Shown in pieces: positions 45,540 to 64,000 of a stretch of DNA of 64,000 bases. The stretch is from the human T2T-CHM13v2.0 reference genome, Homo sapiens. The translations under genes were made by a program, and so were the position numbers. How positions within the stretch are numbered: the stretch's first letter is position 1; each line of letters begins with the position of its first letter. A model generated the notes under the pieces. The model searched no databases. It had not been told where the DNA came from and saw only the letters and a program-made list of their open reading frames with translations. The DNA is taken from the NCBI RefSeq assembly GCF_009914755.1, contig NC_060936.1, one strand, 5' to 3'.

Positions 45540-46450
45540 TTCAGTCGCTGAAACCTCCCCTCACAGAGTTCACGGCCAATATAAAAACGGAAAGAAGGGA
45601 TGACCATACGAGCTTGTGGACTTTTGCCTGCAAAATCTCATAGAATGTGGTGTTGTGTACGTGAATCCATCAGATCAACGCGACGGACACTCCCCAAGGG
45701 CCAAATCGGACCGCCTCTCACTAGGCGGAAAGTTTTGAAACTTTTGCGCGCTAAAAATGATGAGCCAGACGCATGCGCAAACGTGCACTCCCGGGGTGGC
45801 GCTTCTCCTCAGGCAGATCTCGCGTGGTTTGGTGATGGCCGGCTAGTATGAAGGTTTTCCGTGGCGTTGAGATCCCACCCGCCCTTTTTTTTTTTTTTTT
45901 TTGCTGCCCCAGTGGATTAGGATTAGTGCTGCAGTCAAATGAAAAAGATCAAGACAAAAAATTAGGCTAATATAACTAGCCGACAGGCTAGCGGCATTTC
46001 TCTGGGGCCGAGGAATTCCACGAAGAAGATCTCTGCGAGGCCCAGAAGGCCGCACAACTACTTCTTCAGAAACAAAATTTTTTAAAAAAGTAAAAATAGA
46101 GGAAGTCAGCCAGTTTATCACCTTGGAACCAGCGTTTTGTTTGGCTTTTCCGCTTTTCACTCTACGAAAAAGCCCATTGGCGGCTACCCAGGTTACCGTC
46201 CTGTTGCCATTGCGCCTGCGCGGCGGTTTGTTTACCAGTCCAGGCGAAGCGCTGTGTCGCGGTTCTCGCCGCCCCGAGCGCCTTGGTTTGCTCCCTTGAC
46301 GTGTAATTCGTAATGAAAGTCATGTTTTCATTTGGGAACACGGATCGGAGGTTTAAAACTGGACAGTTTAAGTGTCAACTTCAGACCAAAGAAAATAATG
46401 GTAGGGAAAACACTGGACACTCAGAAATCGGTGCCGCGTCAGAGCTGTCA
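45540..46450. promoter_or_regulatory. GPR19: CpG-rich GPR19 promoter, possibly bidirectional
   Basis: Highest non-Alu CpG density in the window. Motifs: GGCGG..TTTGAA (45724-45739), E2F-like TTTTGCGCGCTAAAA (45742-45756), NRF1-like CGCATGCGCA (45770-45779), CCAAT (45576-45580 and reverse 46176-46180), second NRF1-like TGCGCCTGCGC (46211-46221), CRE half-site TGACGT (46297-46302). Confidence 0.85.
45610..45740 (-). other. GPR19: Probable GPR19 first exon (TSS position approximate)
   Basis: CpG-rich segment directly downstream (minus sense) of the E2F/NRF1 motifs, ending at a modest donor CTC|GTATGG (45609-45604). Confidence 0.55.
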
Positions 46451-46676
46451 CGGAAGATGTTTCTAATGAACCTGAGGAAAACAATAGCACCACCCTAACC
46501 AGAACTAAAAAGTGGCAAGCAGCCACAGTTAATGAAACTCATAGGTGGCATTTAGTTACTTATTTAGAATGTAGGCCTAGTTATGGTAAAAATGCAAATA
46601 AGACCAAACCTAAGGTCATCTTGCTCGAGCAAACCTCAAGCAAAACCTACATGATTTAAGACTGACTCTTGAAGCG

Positions 46677-46680
<4 letters not shown>

Positions 46681-46712
<32 letters not shown>
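46681..46712 (+). repeat. Poly(A)32 tract not attached to a recognisable Alu/L1
   Basis: 32 consecutive A in unique sequence. Confidence 0.95.
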
Positions 46713-46713
<1 letters not shown>

Positions 46714-48119
46714 CAGCCATGCAAAATTTGAAACTTGGAGACGACTCTAGAAGCATTAACCCAAGAAAGCACAAGCCAACAAACAAATTTTTGAAATGGT
46801 TTGAAGAGCTCTTCAAAGTCAGTTTCAGGTGGCTTAGAAGAGGATGTTGCTTATAAAATGAGATCTGATGGAAACTTGTTTTACAGATATGACTGGATTC
46901 GTTTGAAAACAAAAAAAAGGCAGGCAAAGTGACTTTTTAAAAAGTATTTTTATGGAAGGATTTCTAATGATACATTTTAATGTGCTCAAAAAACAACCTT
47001 AAATAACTGGTAGATTCAGCCAAACCTGGATCATTATTATCTTAGAGCTGGATAAGAGCATAAATGTTAACAATTTGGCAATTTTATTGGACTCTGTTAT
47101 GTTTTTGAATGGTGAATTTGAAGACTTCAACTTGTAACAAGAAATTTTCTAAAAGGAAAGTGGGATTTTCAAGAGATATGAAATTAAGCAGAGAATATGT
47201 ATGGACATGTGAACAGATGGAACCAAATTTTGAAAGCTTTGCATGTGTCCAGCATCGGTCACAGAAAATCCTTTTATCTCAAGAAACTAGCCTCTGGATT
47301 TTCTCACGTTCAATATGATAAAACTCAGTAAATCCAGCAGCTTGAATACCTTTTAACACAAATTTGTACCAAAATGAGAAGTAACTTTAAAATTCCGCTC
47401 CATTATCTAGAGGTACTCTGACTTGGTTAAGGTAAGGTGAAAATCGGTTTTCCAAGCCAGTATTGAACTGGCATTTTCATCATGAAGAAAAAAAAAATGC
47501 AGATAAAGTGAATGGGTATCTTGTTCACTTTAATGATTAAGACTAACTCAGAAAGCTGGCTTACTTTGTCAAGGCAAACAACCAGTATTAAACAAACTGA
47601 ATACTCTCATTGCACATAATGAGAAGGCTTGAATGAAAATTAAGTATGGGAGTGGAAGAGCTGATAAAGAACAGTGACTTCTTTGAGACTCCTAGTTCAT
47701 TTACATGTGATGAAAATTATAGTGTAAGAATAGTAAGTTGTCAAATAAAACATTTTTCTTCACTGAAAAAAAATCTTTGGTGAGTAACAGAAACTGACTG
47801 ATGGATTGGTAATTTAGTCTGCCCCGTGACTCAGAAAATATACTTACCAAAATTTCCACTGTCAGTAGCTGAAAAAGTTAATCATGCCATTTCTTTAGCC
47901 AGTATTCTGGGCATACTCCCCTGTGATTACTCTGATACTGTAAAGTAATGAAAAACCTGATGCCATCTGTATCCACATATTTATGTGAATCTGAGTTCTC
48001 GAATTATTGTGACCCCAGGACAAATGAAAGAAATTGCCAAATAATGAATCTGATATGCATCCCCAATTACTCAAACTTGGTTAAAGCAACACAATTTAAC
48101 CTTATTAACTGAATGATAG

Positions 48120-49910
<1,791 letters not shown>

Positions 49911-50234
49911 TGTTAGACTCTCTCATAAGGGCAAAAAATGTTTCCCATATGATGTTGCAGACTTCCCTTTATTTCTTACTGCCCAGAACTATGTCATATG
50001 ACTACCTTTAGCTTCAAGGGAGGCTTAGGGAAGTATGTACAGAGAAAACAAGCATGTTTTTTTAATGGTGCACTAAAAATAACAGGACTTGTGGGAAATA
50101 TAGGGTTAGAAGCAGGTCACTCAAAACCTTTGCAACTTTGTTAGTTGAGGGCTATAAAAATTACTATGCTAATAAAAAATACACAATTAAATTCCCTCTG
50201 ACACTTGTACTCAATATCACAGTCATCCTTTAGG

Positions 50235-50482
50235 GCCATGCTGTCCAATACAGTAGTAACTAGCCATCTGTGTTTATTGAACACTTAGATGTGATAGTCC
50301 AAATTGAGAAGGGCTGTTAAGTATAAAATATACACATAAGATTTTAAGAATTTAGTATAAAAAATAATGTAAAAATCTCAATAAATTTTATATTGATTAC
50401 ATGTTGAAATGTCACTTCAACATTTCTTTTTACTTTTACTTTTTAAAAATGTGGCTCCCAGAAAACCTAAATTGTCGAATGT
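50235..50482. mobile_element. MER3/MER33-like hAT-Charlie MITE
   Basis: Inverted termini catgctgtccaata ... tgttggacagtgctg. Confidence 0.7.
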
Positions 50483-50485
50483 TTC

Positions 50486-50900
50486 TGTTGGACAGTGCTG
50501 CTTTAGTTTCTTGAATCCTGGGGCACATGATTCTTCCTTGGATGTATATGCCCTTGAGGGTATTAATTCCAATTAAGAGCAGTTTCATCAAAATTAAAAA
50601 TCCGATCGAGGATTTTGTCTTTTTTATCAATCAGTTTTCCCCCAATGGGGTAAAATGGTTTTGCACCTTCATTTACACTTTGCAGTTTACCACAGAACTT
50701 AATGTTGTAAAAAACTCTTGAAGCCACCAAACAAGCCTCTGTTTGCACCAAAGGAAGGCATTCTTTCAGAATTTTCTGCTTTTTTTCTTAACATCTTTAT
50801 ATGTTGCTAAGGTTTTCTCTTTAATTGTGAGAAGCTTGTCCCTGCTTGCCCCAAAATGTTAGTGTGCTGGGAAAAATAATGAATGAAGCAATGTAATTTC
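50486..50900 (-). mobile_element. Degenerate Tigger/pogo transposase fragment
   Basis: Minus-strand translation gives ..NIKFCG..IFNFDETALNW.. and, after a frameshift, PSRAYTSKEESCAPGFK, matching the pogo DDD-domain start (IFNxDETGLxWK..PxRTYIxKEE..APGFK). Confidence 0.8.
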
Positions 50901-51187
50901 TGAATTATATTAACATTATCTCCCCATTTGTTGCTTGCCCATTAGCTAATAATGACTATATCTGGCATATAAAGCTTTTATTGTGGGAGATAGGACTGCC
51001 AGTAGACAAAAGGGAGAGAAAATCCTAATCCTATAATTTCAAAGAGTTGGTACCCAATTATGGGATATTTTGGACAGTGTCCTTTCTATTCACCAAGTTA
51101 ACATTTAGTTAATCGCCCCATTTGATTTACTCAATTACCCCTTTCTCCCAGCTAAAATCCATTGAGTTCTAAAGAACCATTTCAAAG

Positions 51188-51476
51188 GCCAGGCCAGGTG
51201 GCTCATGCCTGTAATTCCAGCACTGTGGGAGGCCAAGGCAGGAGGTTTGCTTGACTCCAGGAGTTTGAGAGCAGCCTGAGCAACATGGCGAAATCCTGGC
51301 TCTACAAAATACGAAAACTTTAGCTGGGTGTGGTGGTGCGTGCCTGTCATCCTAGCTGCTTGGGAGCCTGAGGTGGCAGAATTGCTTGAGCCTGAAGAGG
51401 TCATGGCATAATCATGGCATTGCACTCCAGCCTGGTGACAGAGTGAGACCCTGTCTCAAAAAAAAAAAAAAAAAAA
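51188..51476 (+). mobile_element. AluJ
   Basis: Diverged dimer with poly(A). Confidence 0.9.
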
Positions 51477-53755
51477 GAATGGACAAAGGCTGTCTCTTCA
51501 GTAAATCTTTTCCTGATCTCTCCTATAAGCATTTTGCTTGCATCATCTTTTTATAGAACACATATTTGGCCTTATGTTTATGTTATTGTCTGATTTTTAT
51601 ATGTAGAATAATATTTTTAATTTGCATATGTAGAATAAAGCTCCTCCCACTGAAGACAGTGATTGTATTTTATTCACTTTTCAAAATTCCTCTGATGACT
51701 AGCCTTATGGTTTGTACAAATTAGGCACAACTAAATATTTGTTGAATTTAATTGTGCTGTATCCTAAAATAATAGAATACTAATAGAATAGAATAGAATA
51801 AATAATATAATATTTCTAAAATATTAATAGAATCTTATTCTATTAGGAATAGAATAACAGATTAGATAGAATATTTCTAAAATTCTAAATACAAGTTGGT
51901 ATTTGACTCACATCTCTAGTGCTTTAAAAAAGTGCAACAGAATACTCTGTAAAATAGTGTTACAAAGTCAGGCTAAACATGTTAGAGTATGTACTGGTGG
52001 GTTTTTTAAAAAATTAGTTTCAGTAATTATGATTAAATCCATGGTAAATATAGACCTGTGATAAATCTAGATCCTTACGGTGATGACTCATTTTAAAAGA
52101 CCCTAGTTTTCTGGATCTCCATTCTCCTTTTACTCAGTGCCTTCTCGTTTTTTTTCTCTATTTTAAACCAGTTTTCATTATTTCTCTGCTTTGATAATCA
52201 CTCAAAACAAACCAGTAAGGGATGTTCAACTTAAATCTAAAACATCATAGTCACATTTAAAGTCCTGAGAACGCAGCATTCCTGTTAAATAATGGTCATA
52301 ATGAACTTATTAATCCTGGCCCTCTAATTACACTATTCTACACCCCAGTGATAAAGGTGTTAAAAAATGATGATTTAATTTTGTTCTGGTCTTTTCACTT
52401 GGATGTACCGTATACTGACATGAATCTCATCATGACTGATAAACTGAACTTGGATAGAAGAGCTGTTAGGATGACTTAAGTGCAAAAGAGAATCTACCGT
52501 TTAGGCAATCAGTATACAGTTTCCTTAAATTTTCTATAATTTATTTCCTTTTTTTGTATGATGTTCCAGCTTTTCCCACAGAGCTAGGAGCCCCACAAAA
52601 ATAGAGACTTTGTCTTATTTGTTTCTGGTGCTTGTTTGTCTCTGTAACTCTAGCACTCAGCACAATGCCTGACACATTGTAGGTAATAAAGGATACATAT
52701 TGAGTGAATGAAGTACACCTGGGGTCAAGTATCACATGTTCCAAATGAGCTTGGCTGAGGTTAGATTACCCTTATATTGGACGTGGAAAGGATCTATTAC
52801 CTAATTTCAACTTGCCTCTATGTCTGTGGCATTGGTGGTTGGGTAAGGTCTATTGATTGTGAGACACAGTCTCACTTTTTACCACAAGTAGTATATGGAG
52901 TATGCGTGAGTGCGTGTTCGTGTGTGTAACAGGAATCTTAGCCATAGGACATGAAAAGCCAAACTATGGGACCTTGAAAGGTTCGCAGGTAAATGGTAAT
53001 CAAAGATTCCCAAGGTCTGTGAATTCTAGACATCTTTGCCATAGAAGCCTATGGCCCCTCGCTCTAGCACATAGTGATTCTGCTGGTCCCTACATGTCTT
53101 CTCAATGCACCTGTCTGTTTTCTTCTTACTGTACTTCCTAGTTCTTACTGTACTTCCTAGTTCTAGTTCTTGGCTTAGCTAATAACCATTTTCTTTCTTT
53201 TGGGTACAGCAGTCTGTACCAGGCCCCATCATAAACCATAGTGCTGAGTTAGGAGCCCAAGCCAGTGGCTTGGAGTTGGAGTACTTTTCTCTTGGAAGGG
53301 GCTATAGACTGTATAAGTTGCATGACTGCCATGTCTAGGATTCCTAATACCGTGCACTGGGAGCCATCTCTGGGATCTTCACTAGAACCAGGTGTACTTG
53401 CCAATCATATCTACTGGGTGCTAATTACCTACTTTGCGGTTATTTTGTTTAGAGCATTAGATTAGCTTCATTGGAGGATACAAAAAAGATTAAAGACTAA
53501 ATAGATTTATATCTGAAGTCAAAGTGAGTAAGTCATAGAGACAGTGTATGTGTTGGTGTGTATGTGGCGGGGGAAGCACTTTCTGAAAGAGCTATGTGTA
53601 GTGGAAAAGGATCAAGTTTAGGTTGTTATCTTGACTTTGCAACCAATCGTGTGTGACTATAGAGAAGTCACCTTTGATCTTTTGTTCTACTTCACTTGTT
53701 AAGGGTTGTAATACTTAACTTGACTGTATAGACAACTGTTAAAACACTATCATAA

Positions 53756-54057
<302 letters not shown>

Positions 54058-54631
54058 TACTATCATAAAATAATTGTTAAATTCAGATTATTGTGTGAGT
54101 AGTGTATGAAAATGATATAAAAATGTTGAATAGGTAGAATCTATGCAAATTTAGAGTTCAATTAAATTTGGTGGGGATTAAAACTCTTGTGTATGCATTT
54201 AGAAAAGCAGATTATAAATACAGTTGTGGTTTGGAATAGTTGCAGGATTAGGGCTGACAGTTCTGGCCTTGTGCTGCCCTCCTGTGCTGTTTAAACAGCA
54301 CAGCAGGTCAATTACATTCCTGCTTCATGAATGTTCCGAATTGGGGGAGGGTAGTCTATCTCATTACTAATCCTCTTCTGTCCTCCTGTGGCCACAGAGC
54401 GCCTAACTATTTTGGATGTTTCTGTTTCTTCAGTAAAGGAAGGGAAGGAAAACTACTTGGAAACATTCTAGGTCAAACAATCTTATCCTGAGTTATGGAA
54501 AAAGGCAACTAATTGCAAATTGCATTTGACATTGGAGATATAATTGATACACCAATATAGAAGATCCGAGCAGATTATCGAGGTTTGGAGAAAAACACCA
54601 TCATTACAGCATTGGGAAAGGCTTTTTGTCA

Positions 54632-54867
<236 letters not shown>

Positions 54868-55088
54868 TTGCTGAGAATTTATAATAAAGCCATACACTGT
54901 TTATCTGGTTAATAAGATAGTCTATAATGGTGGGAACAGAAGATGCTGTTCTACAGTGATTTTCTAAGCAGAACATTTGCCAGTTGAAATGAGAGACTCA
55001 CAAGCAAAGCTAATTATTTGCTAATTCTCTTAGCATATCCTGCAAAAATGGTTACTTTTAAAGATAAGGTCATTTGTCAGCATGGCAA

Positions 55089-55387
55089 TTTTTTTTTTTT
55101 TGAGACAGGATCTCGCTCTGTTGCCCAGGCTGAAAAGTGCAGTGGCATGTTTACAGCTCACTGCAGCCTTGAACTCCTGGGTTCAAGAGATCCTCTCACC
55201 TCAGCCTCCCCAGTAGCTGGGACTACAGGCATACACCACCACACACCCAGCTGATTTTTGTGTTTTTTGTAGACACAGGGTTTCACTATGTTGCTCAGGC
55301 TGGTCTTGAACTCCTGGGCTCAAGTGATTCTTCAGCCTCCACCTCCCAAATTGCTGGGATTAGAAACATGAGCCACCAAGCCTGGCC
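55089..55387 (-). mobile_element. AluJ
   Basis: Reverse dimer with J-type diagnostics (cttgaactcctgggctcaag). Confidence 0.9.
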
Positions 55388-55659
55388 AGTATGATAATTT
55401 TTTTATGACAGTTAAGAAAAGATATTGAAGGAAACAGTGTAAAACCAGGCAATGAAAGAGTAGAGAAAGGCAGTCAATATATGGCACCATTTTAATATGC
55501 TTGCTTCCCCGTCAGCCAGCCCTCACCCCTGGCCACAGCCTGGCCTGTTGCCAGACTGGTTTCCTGATCAGAACCCATCTACCCTCTGCTTAGACTAGGA
55601 GTGTGTGTGCATAATTTATTCATGTGGGTACACAGCATGCATAACATGACTTTCTCTTT

Positions 55660-57040
55660 TTAACTCACACCAGTCAGGCTTTCACATCTTTACCAAGACT
55701 CCTCTTATCAAGTCATCAGTGAACTTGATGGCCAAATGCAATGGTCAGTTTTCAGTGTTTATCTTACTTGACCTATCAGTGGCATTGGAATCATTTGATC
55801 ATGCTTTCCTCCTTGGAACACTCTCTTTACTTGATCCCTGGGTCACCTCTCTCTTGGCTCTCCTCCACTCTACTAAGGGCTTTTTCCCTATCTCCTTTAT
55901 CTAGATACTTCTCATCTTGATTTCTAAAAGTTGTAGTACCCTAAGGCTAACTGCCTAGCTCTTTTCTACATCTAAACCCACTCCCTTGGTGTTCTTATCT
56001 AGTCTCATAGCTTTAATATCATCTGAATGCCAAACATTTCCAAATGTGTATCTCCAGCACAGACCCTTCTGCCCTGAATTCCAAACTCACATATCCATCT
56101 GCTTACTCGACATCTCCATTTGGATGTCTATGGACATCTCAAACTTAACATGACCCAAACAAAATCTGTTCATCTCTCAATCAACCCTATCTCAGCAACT
56201 GGTCATACCTTTCTTCAGTTGCTTGGAGTCATCATGAACTCTTTCTCACACACACAGACCATTTCCAAATCTTCAGCAAATCCCATTGGCTGTATCTTCA
56301 AAAAACACACTATCAACTCTCTACCCTTCTTTTCATGTACACTGCTACCACCCTGGTCTGAGGCCCATGACCTCTTATCTGGATTAGTGTATAGTCTACT
56401 ATAATACATGGTCTCCCTACTTCTCTCTTGCCTCTTTGAAATACTTCTTACTCAGCAAAGTGACAAAAGTTACCCGAAGTCAGGTAAAAAAACTCTATGC
56501 TCAAGGATGATGCACTTCAATTGGCATAAAATCCAGCCTTTACCATGGCTTATAAAGTTTACATGATTGGGGTCTCTACTTCCTTCTTCTCTGACTTCAT
56601 CTCCTACTCCCCAGCCCCCACTCACCATGTTTCCAGCTTACTAGTTCCCTTATTGTCCCTCAACTATCCCAGACACATTCCTACCTCAGAGCCTCTGGAT
56701 TTGCTATTTCCTGTGCCTGCAACACAAAATTACATGGTCCATGCTCTCATTCCATTCAGGGTTCTACTCAAATATCACTTTATTGAAAAGTCCTTCCTTG
56801 TTCATACAGCATCTGCCTTCATTACCCTCCGTACTCTTAATTAGTTGATTTGTCGTGTTAGCACTTACAGCAACATGACATATTATGCTTATTTATTTGT
56901 CCATTGTCTGTCTTCCACACTTGAGTGTAAGTTCTGTTTCATGACAGCAGGGACTTTGGCTATCTTTGTTCTCTGCTGTGTCCTCAGAGAGTCTGGCATC
57001 TGGTGAGGGTTCATTAAAAATTTAATGAATGAAGAAATGA
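55660..57040 (+). mobile_element. L2 3' portion (~1.4 kb)
   Basis: L2 motifs (caatggtcagttttcagt...cttgacctatcag, catctcaaacttaacatg) and terminal tgaatgaa repeats. Confidence 0.85.
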
Positions 57041-57253
57041 ACAAATATTAATGTGGATAATTATTCAGAGAGTTGGTCAAGAACAGCAAGTGGGTAGGTT
57101 CCAGTTTTGTTTTACATGGAAGTTTGTATAAACTGAAGACTAAGATCAGAATCAGGGAAAATGTTCTCCTTTATGTCTTCTCAATGTAAAAAATAGAATG
57201 TAGTTGAATGTGGTGGATTGGTAATAAATATGTTTATTGTTCCAAATTCCATA

Positions 57254-60878
<3,625 letters not shown>

Positions 60879-62119
60879 TCAGGTCAGGGACCCAAGTTGA
60901 AGGTGGCTCTGTCATCTTCAACATGTGGCTTCCAAGGTTGCTCTAGTATTCACCTTTCCAGCCCATGAGAAAGGGGAAAGAGAGTGGCGGGTTCTGAGGG
61001 GGTCACATGACAGGTTCTATGCACTAGGCCTGGAAGACACATACCACCTTTGCTTACATTCTATTGGAAAATACTTCATCATAAAGCCACACCTAATTGC
61101 AAAGGAGACAGGGGAATTTCATGTTGCTGGGCAGTTGTATGCTCAGTTATAATTCTGCTACTGGGAAAGAAGGCAACAATGGATTTTGATGGACTGGATC
61201 CATCAGTCGCTTGAGAGACTGAGGCAGGAGGATAACTTGAGCCCAAGAGTTCAAGGTTATAGTCTCTCCTACATTCTCCTTTTCTGTTACCTCTCTTAGT
61301 TAATGGCATTATTCTCTCAAATACCCAAGCTTGAGTCCTTAAATTCGTCCTCCCTTTCTCCATCTCTCTCAATCCTCTTATATGTTCCAGCTACCTAAGT
61401 AACCACCCTGCATTTGTTCCTTGCTTTCCATTTCCTCTATAGCATGACTTAAATCCATTGTATCTGTTGATTGAATAACTCATCATCCTCCAAAATTACC
61501 TCCGTGTCAGTCTCTCCAGGCTCATCACACCCATCCTTTACTCTGCCGTCAGACACTACTTCCAAACACAAAGATCTGCTTGTCCAAGACAGCCTGGGCC
61601 CATTAACAGGCACCTCCCCACTCACAGTCAAGGCTGGAAGCACCATATAAAAAGCATCTGCAGCTACACCTTTGCGGCTCAGGAGATTATGGCAGACTGC
61701 CTCCTTTCTCTGCCAAGCCCTGTCCTCCTGGGCTCAGGGTTCTCTGTCTCACACTTGAACTCTGCCCATCTCCCCACATCCCACTGGATGAACACCACAG
61801 TGGGACTGTCTGCCCAGCTTTTCATTTAGCCCTGTCCCTAGACACTGTCTGTCATATCACCCTCAGCCCCATCTCACAAATCCAAACTCCAGAGCTCCAA
61901 CCCAGGCCCAGGGCCCAGGCTTGCTTTTGTTCAGGAGACAAGTTTGGACGCTGATCATTCTCTTCACTTAAAGCTCCATCAGTTCGCAGTACTTACGGAG
62001 CAACAGATTTTTTAGCATGCCATCCATGGCCAACCACTGTCTGATCCCATCCCCACTTACCACCCCTACCAATTCATCCTCATAATCATCTTGACATTTT
62101 CTTATTCTTCAAGATCTGA

Positions 62120-63660
<1,541 letters not shown>

Positions 63661-64000
63661 TAAGCAAATTAATAGAAGGTGCTCCGTAAATATTTGTGAA
63701 ATTGAATTAAAAGTGTCAGAAGGAGATGACTGTGAAATTCCCAAAGTCTAAAAATATGTGAGCTTAGAAGAATGGTGGAGTTGAGTGCTGCCTCATTATA
63801 AACATCCTCGAGGAAGGACTGAAACTGTGTGCTTGCGGTGGGAGGGGCAGCTGGGCAAGGAACCGTGAACCTTCGCAGAAACATTTGGGGCTGCAGAACT
63901 TGGGTGAGAGCGCTGCATCTGGGAGCTGGCGACGCTGGCGGCTTGCTCATTCACCCCATCTGAACACTTGTCTATGACACAGGTGTTTTCTCTTAAGTTA

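Noticed and set aside
63780-64000. Rising GC/CpG at the window end, possible CDKN1B promoter or exon
   Set aside because: Consistent with approaching the next CpG island, but no CDKN1B sequence or convincing motif is visible, so it is not called.

Overview
Repeat-rich human (primate) genomic DNA containing the whole GPR19 gene on the minus strand. GPR19 is an orphan class A GPCR; from prior knowledge it lies on 12p13 between CREBL2 and CDKN1B, and no coding sequence of either neighbour is in this window. The 415-aa CDS (11992->10745) is intronless. Three 5'-UTR exons can be reconstructed from splice signals (~45740-45610, 45056-45004, 34053-33897), downstream of a CpG-rich promoter with E2F, CDE/CHR-like and NRF1 motifs at ~45.5-46.4 kb. 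The rest is mostly ~50 Alus, MaLR/ERV LTRs, L2/MIR/L1 fragments and DNA-transposon fossils (MADE1, MER53, MER20, Tigger). The most notable signal is invisible to the unspliced ORF track. The spliced leader encodes a 74-codon, three-exon uORF that ends A_AAA_AAG-UGA-AU-AUG, so a -1 slip or one extra A would fuse it in frame to GPR19. An alternative 3' splice site would also give N-terminally extended receptors. There is also evidence for a spliced antisense transcript, an intronic CRE/RFX promoter-like cluster, long palindromes and rearranged Alus. Repeat family names are recognised by eye and their boundaries are approximate. Exon structures are inferred from sequence only. No prokaryotic-type system (CRISPR etc.) is present.
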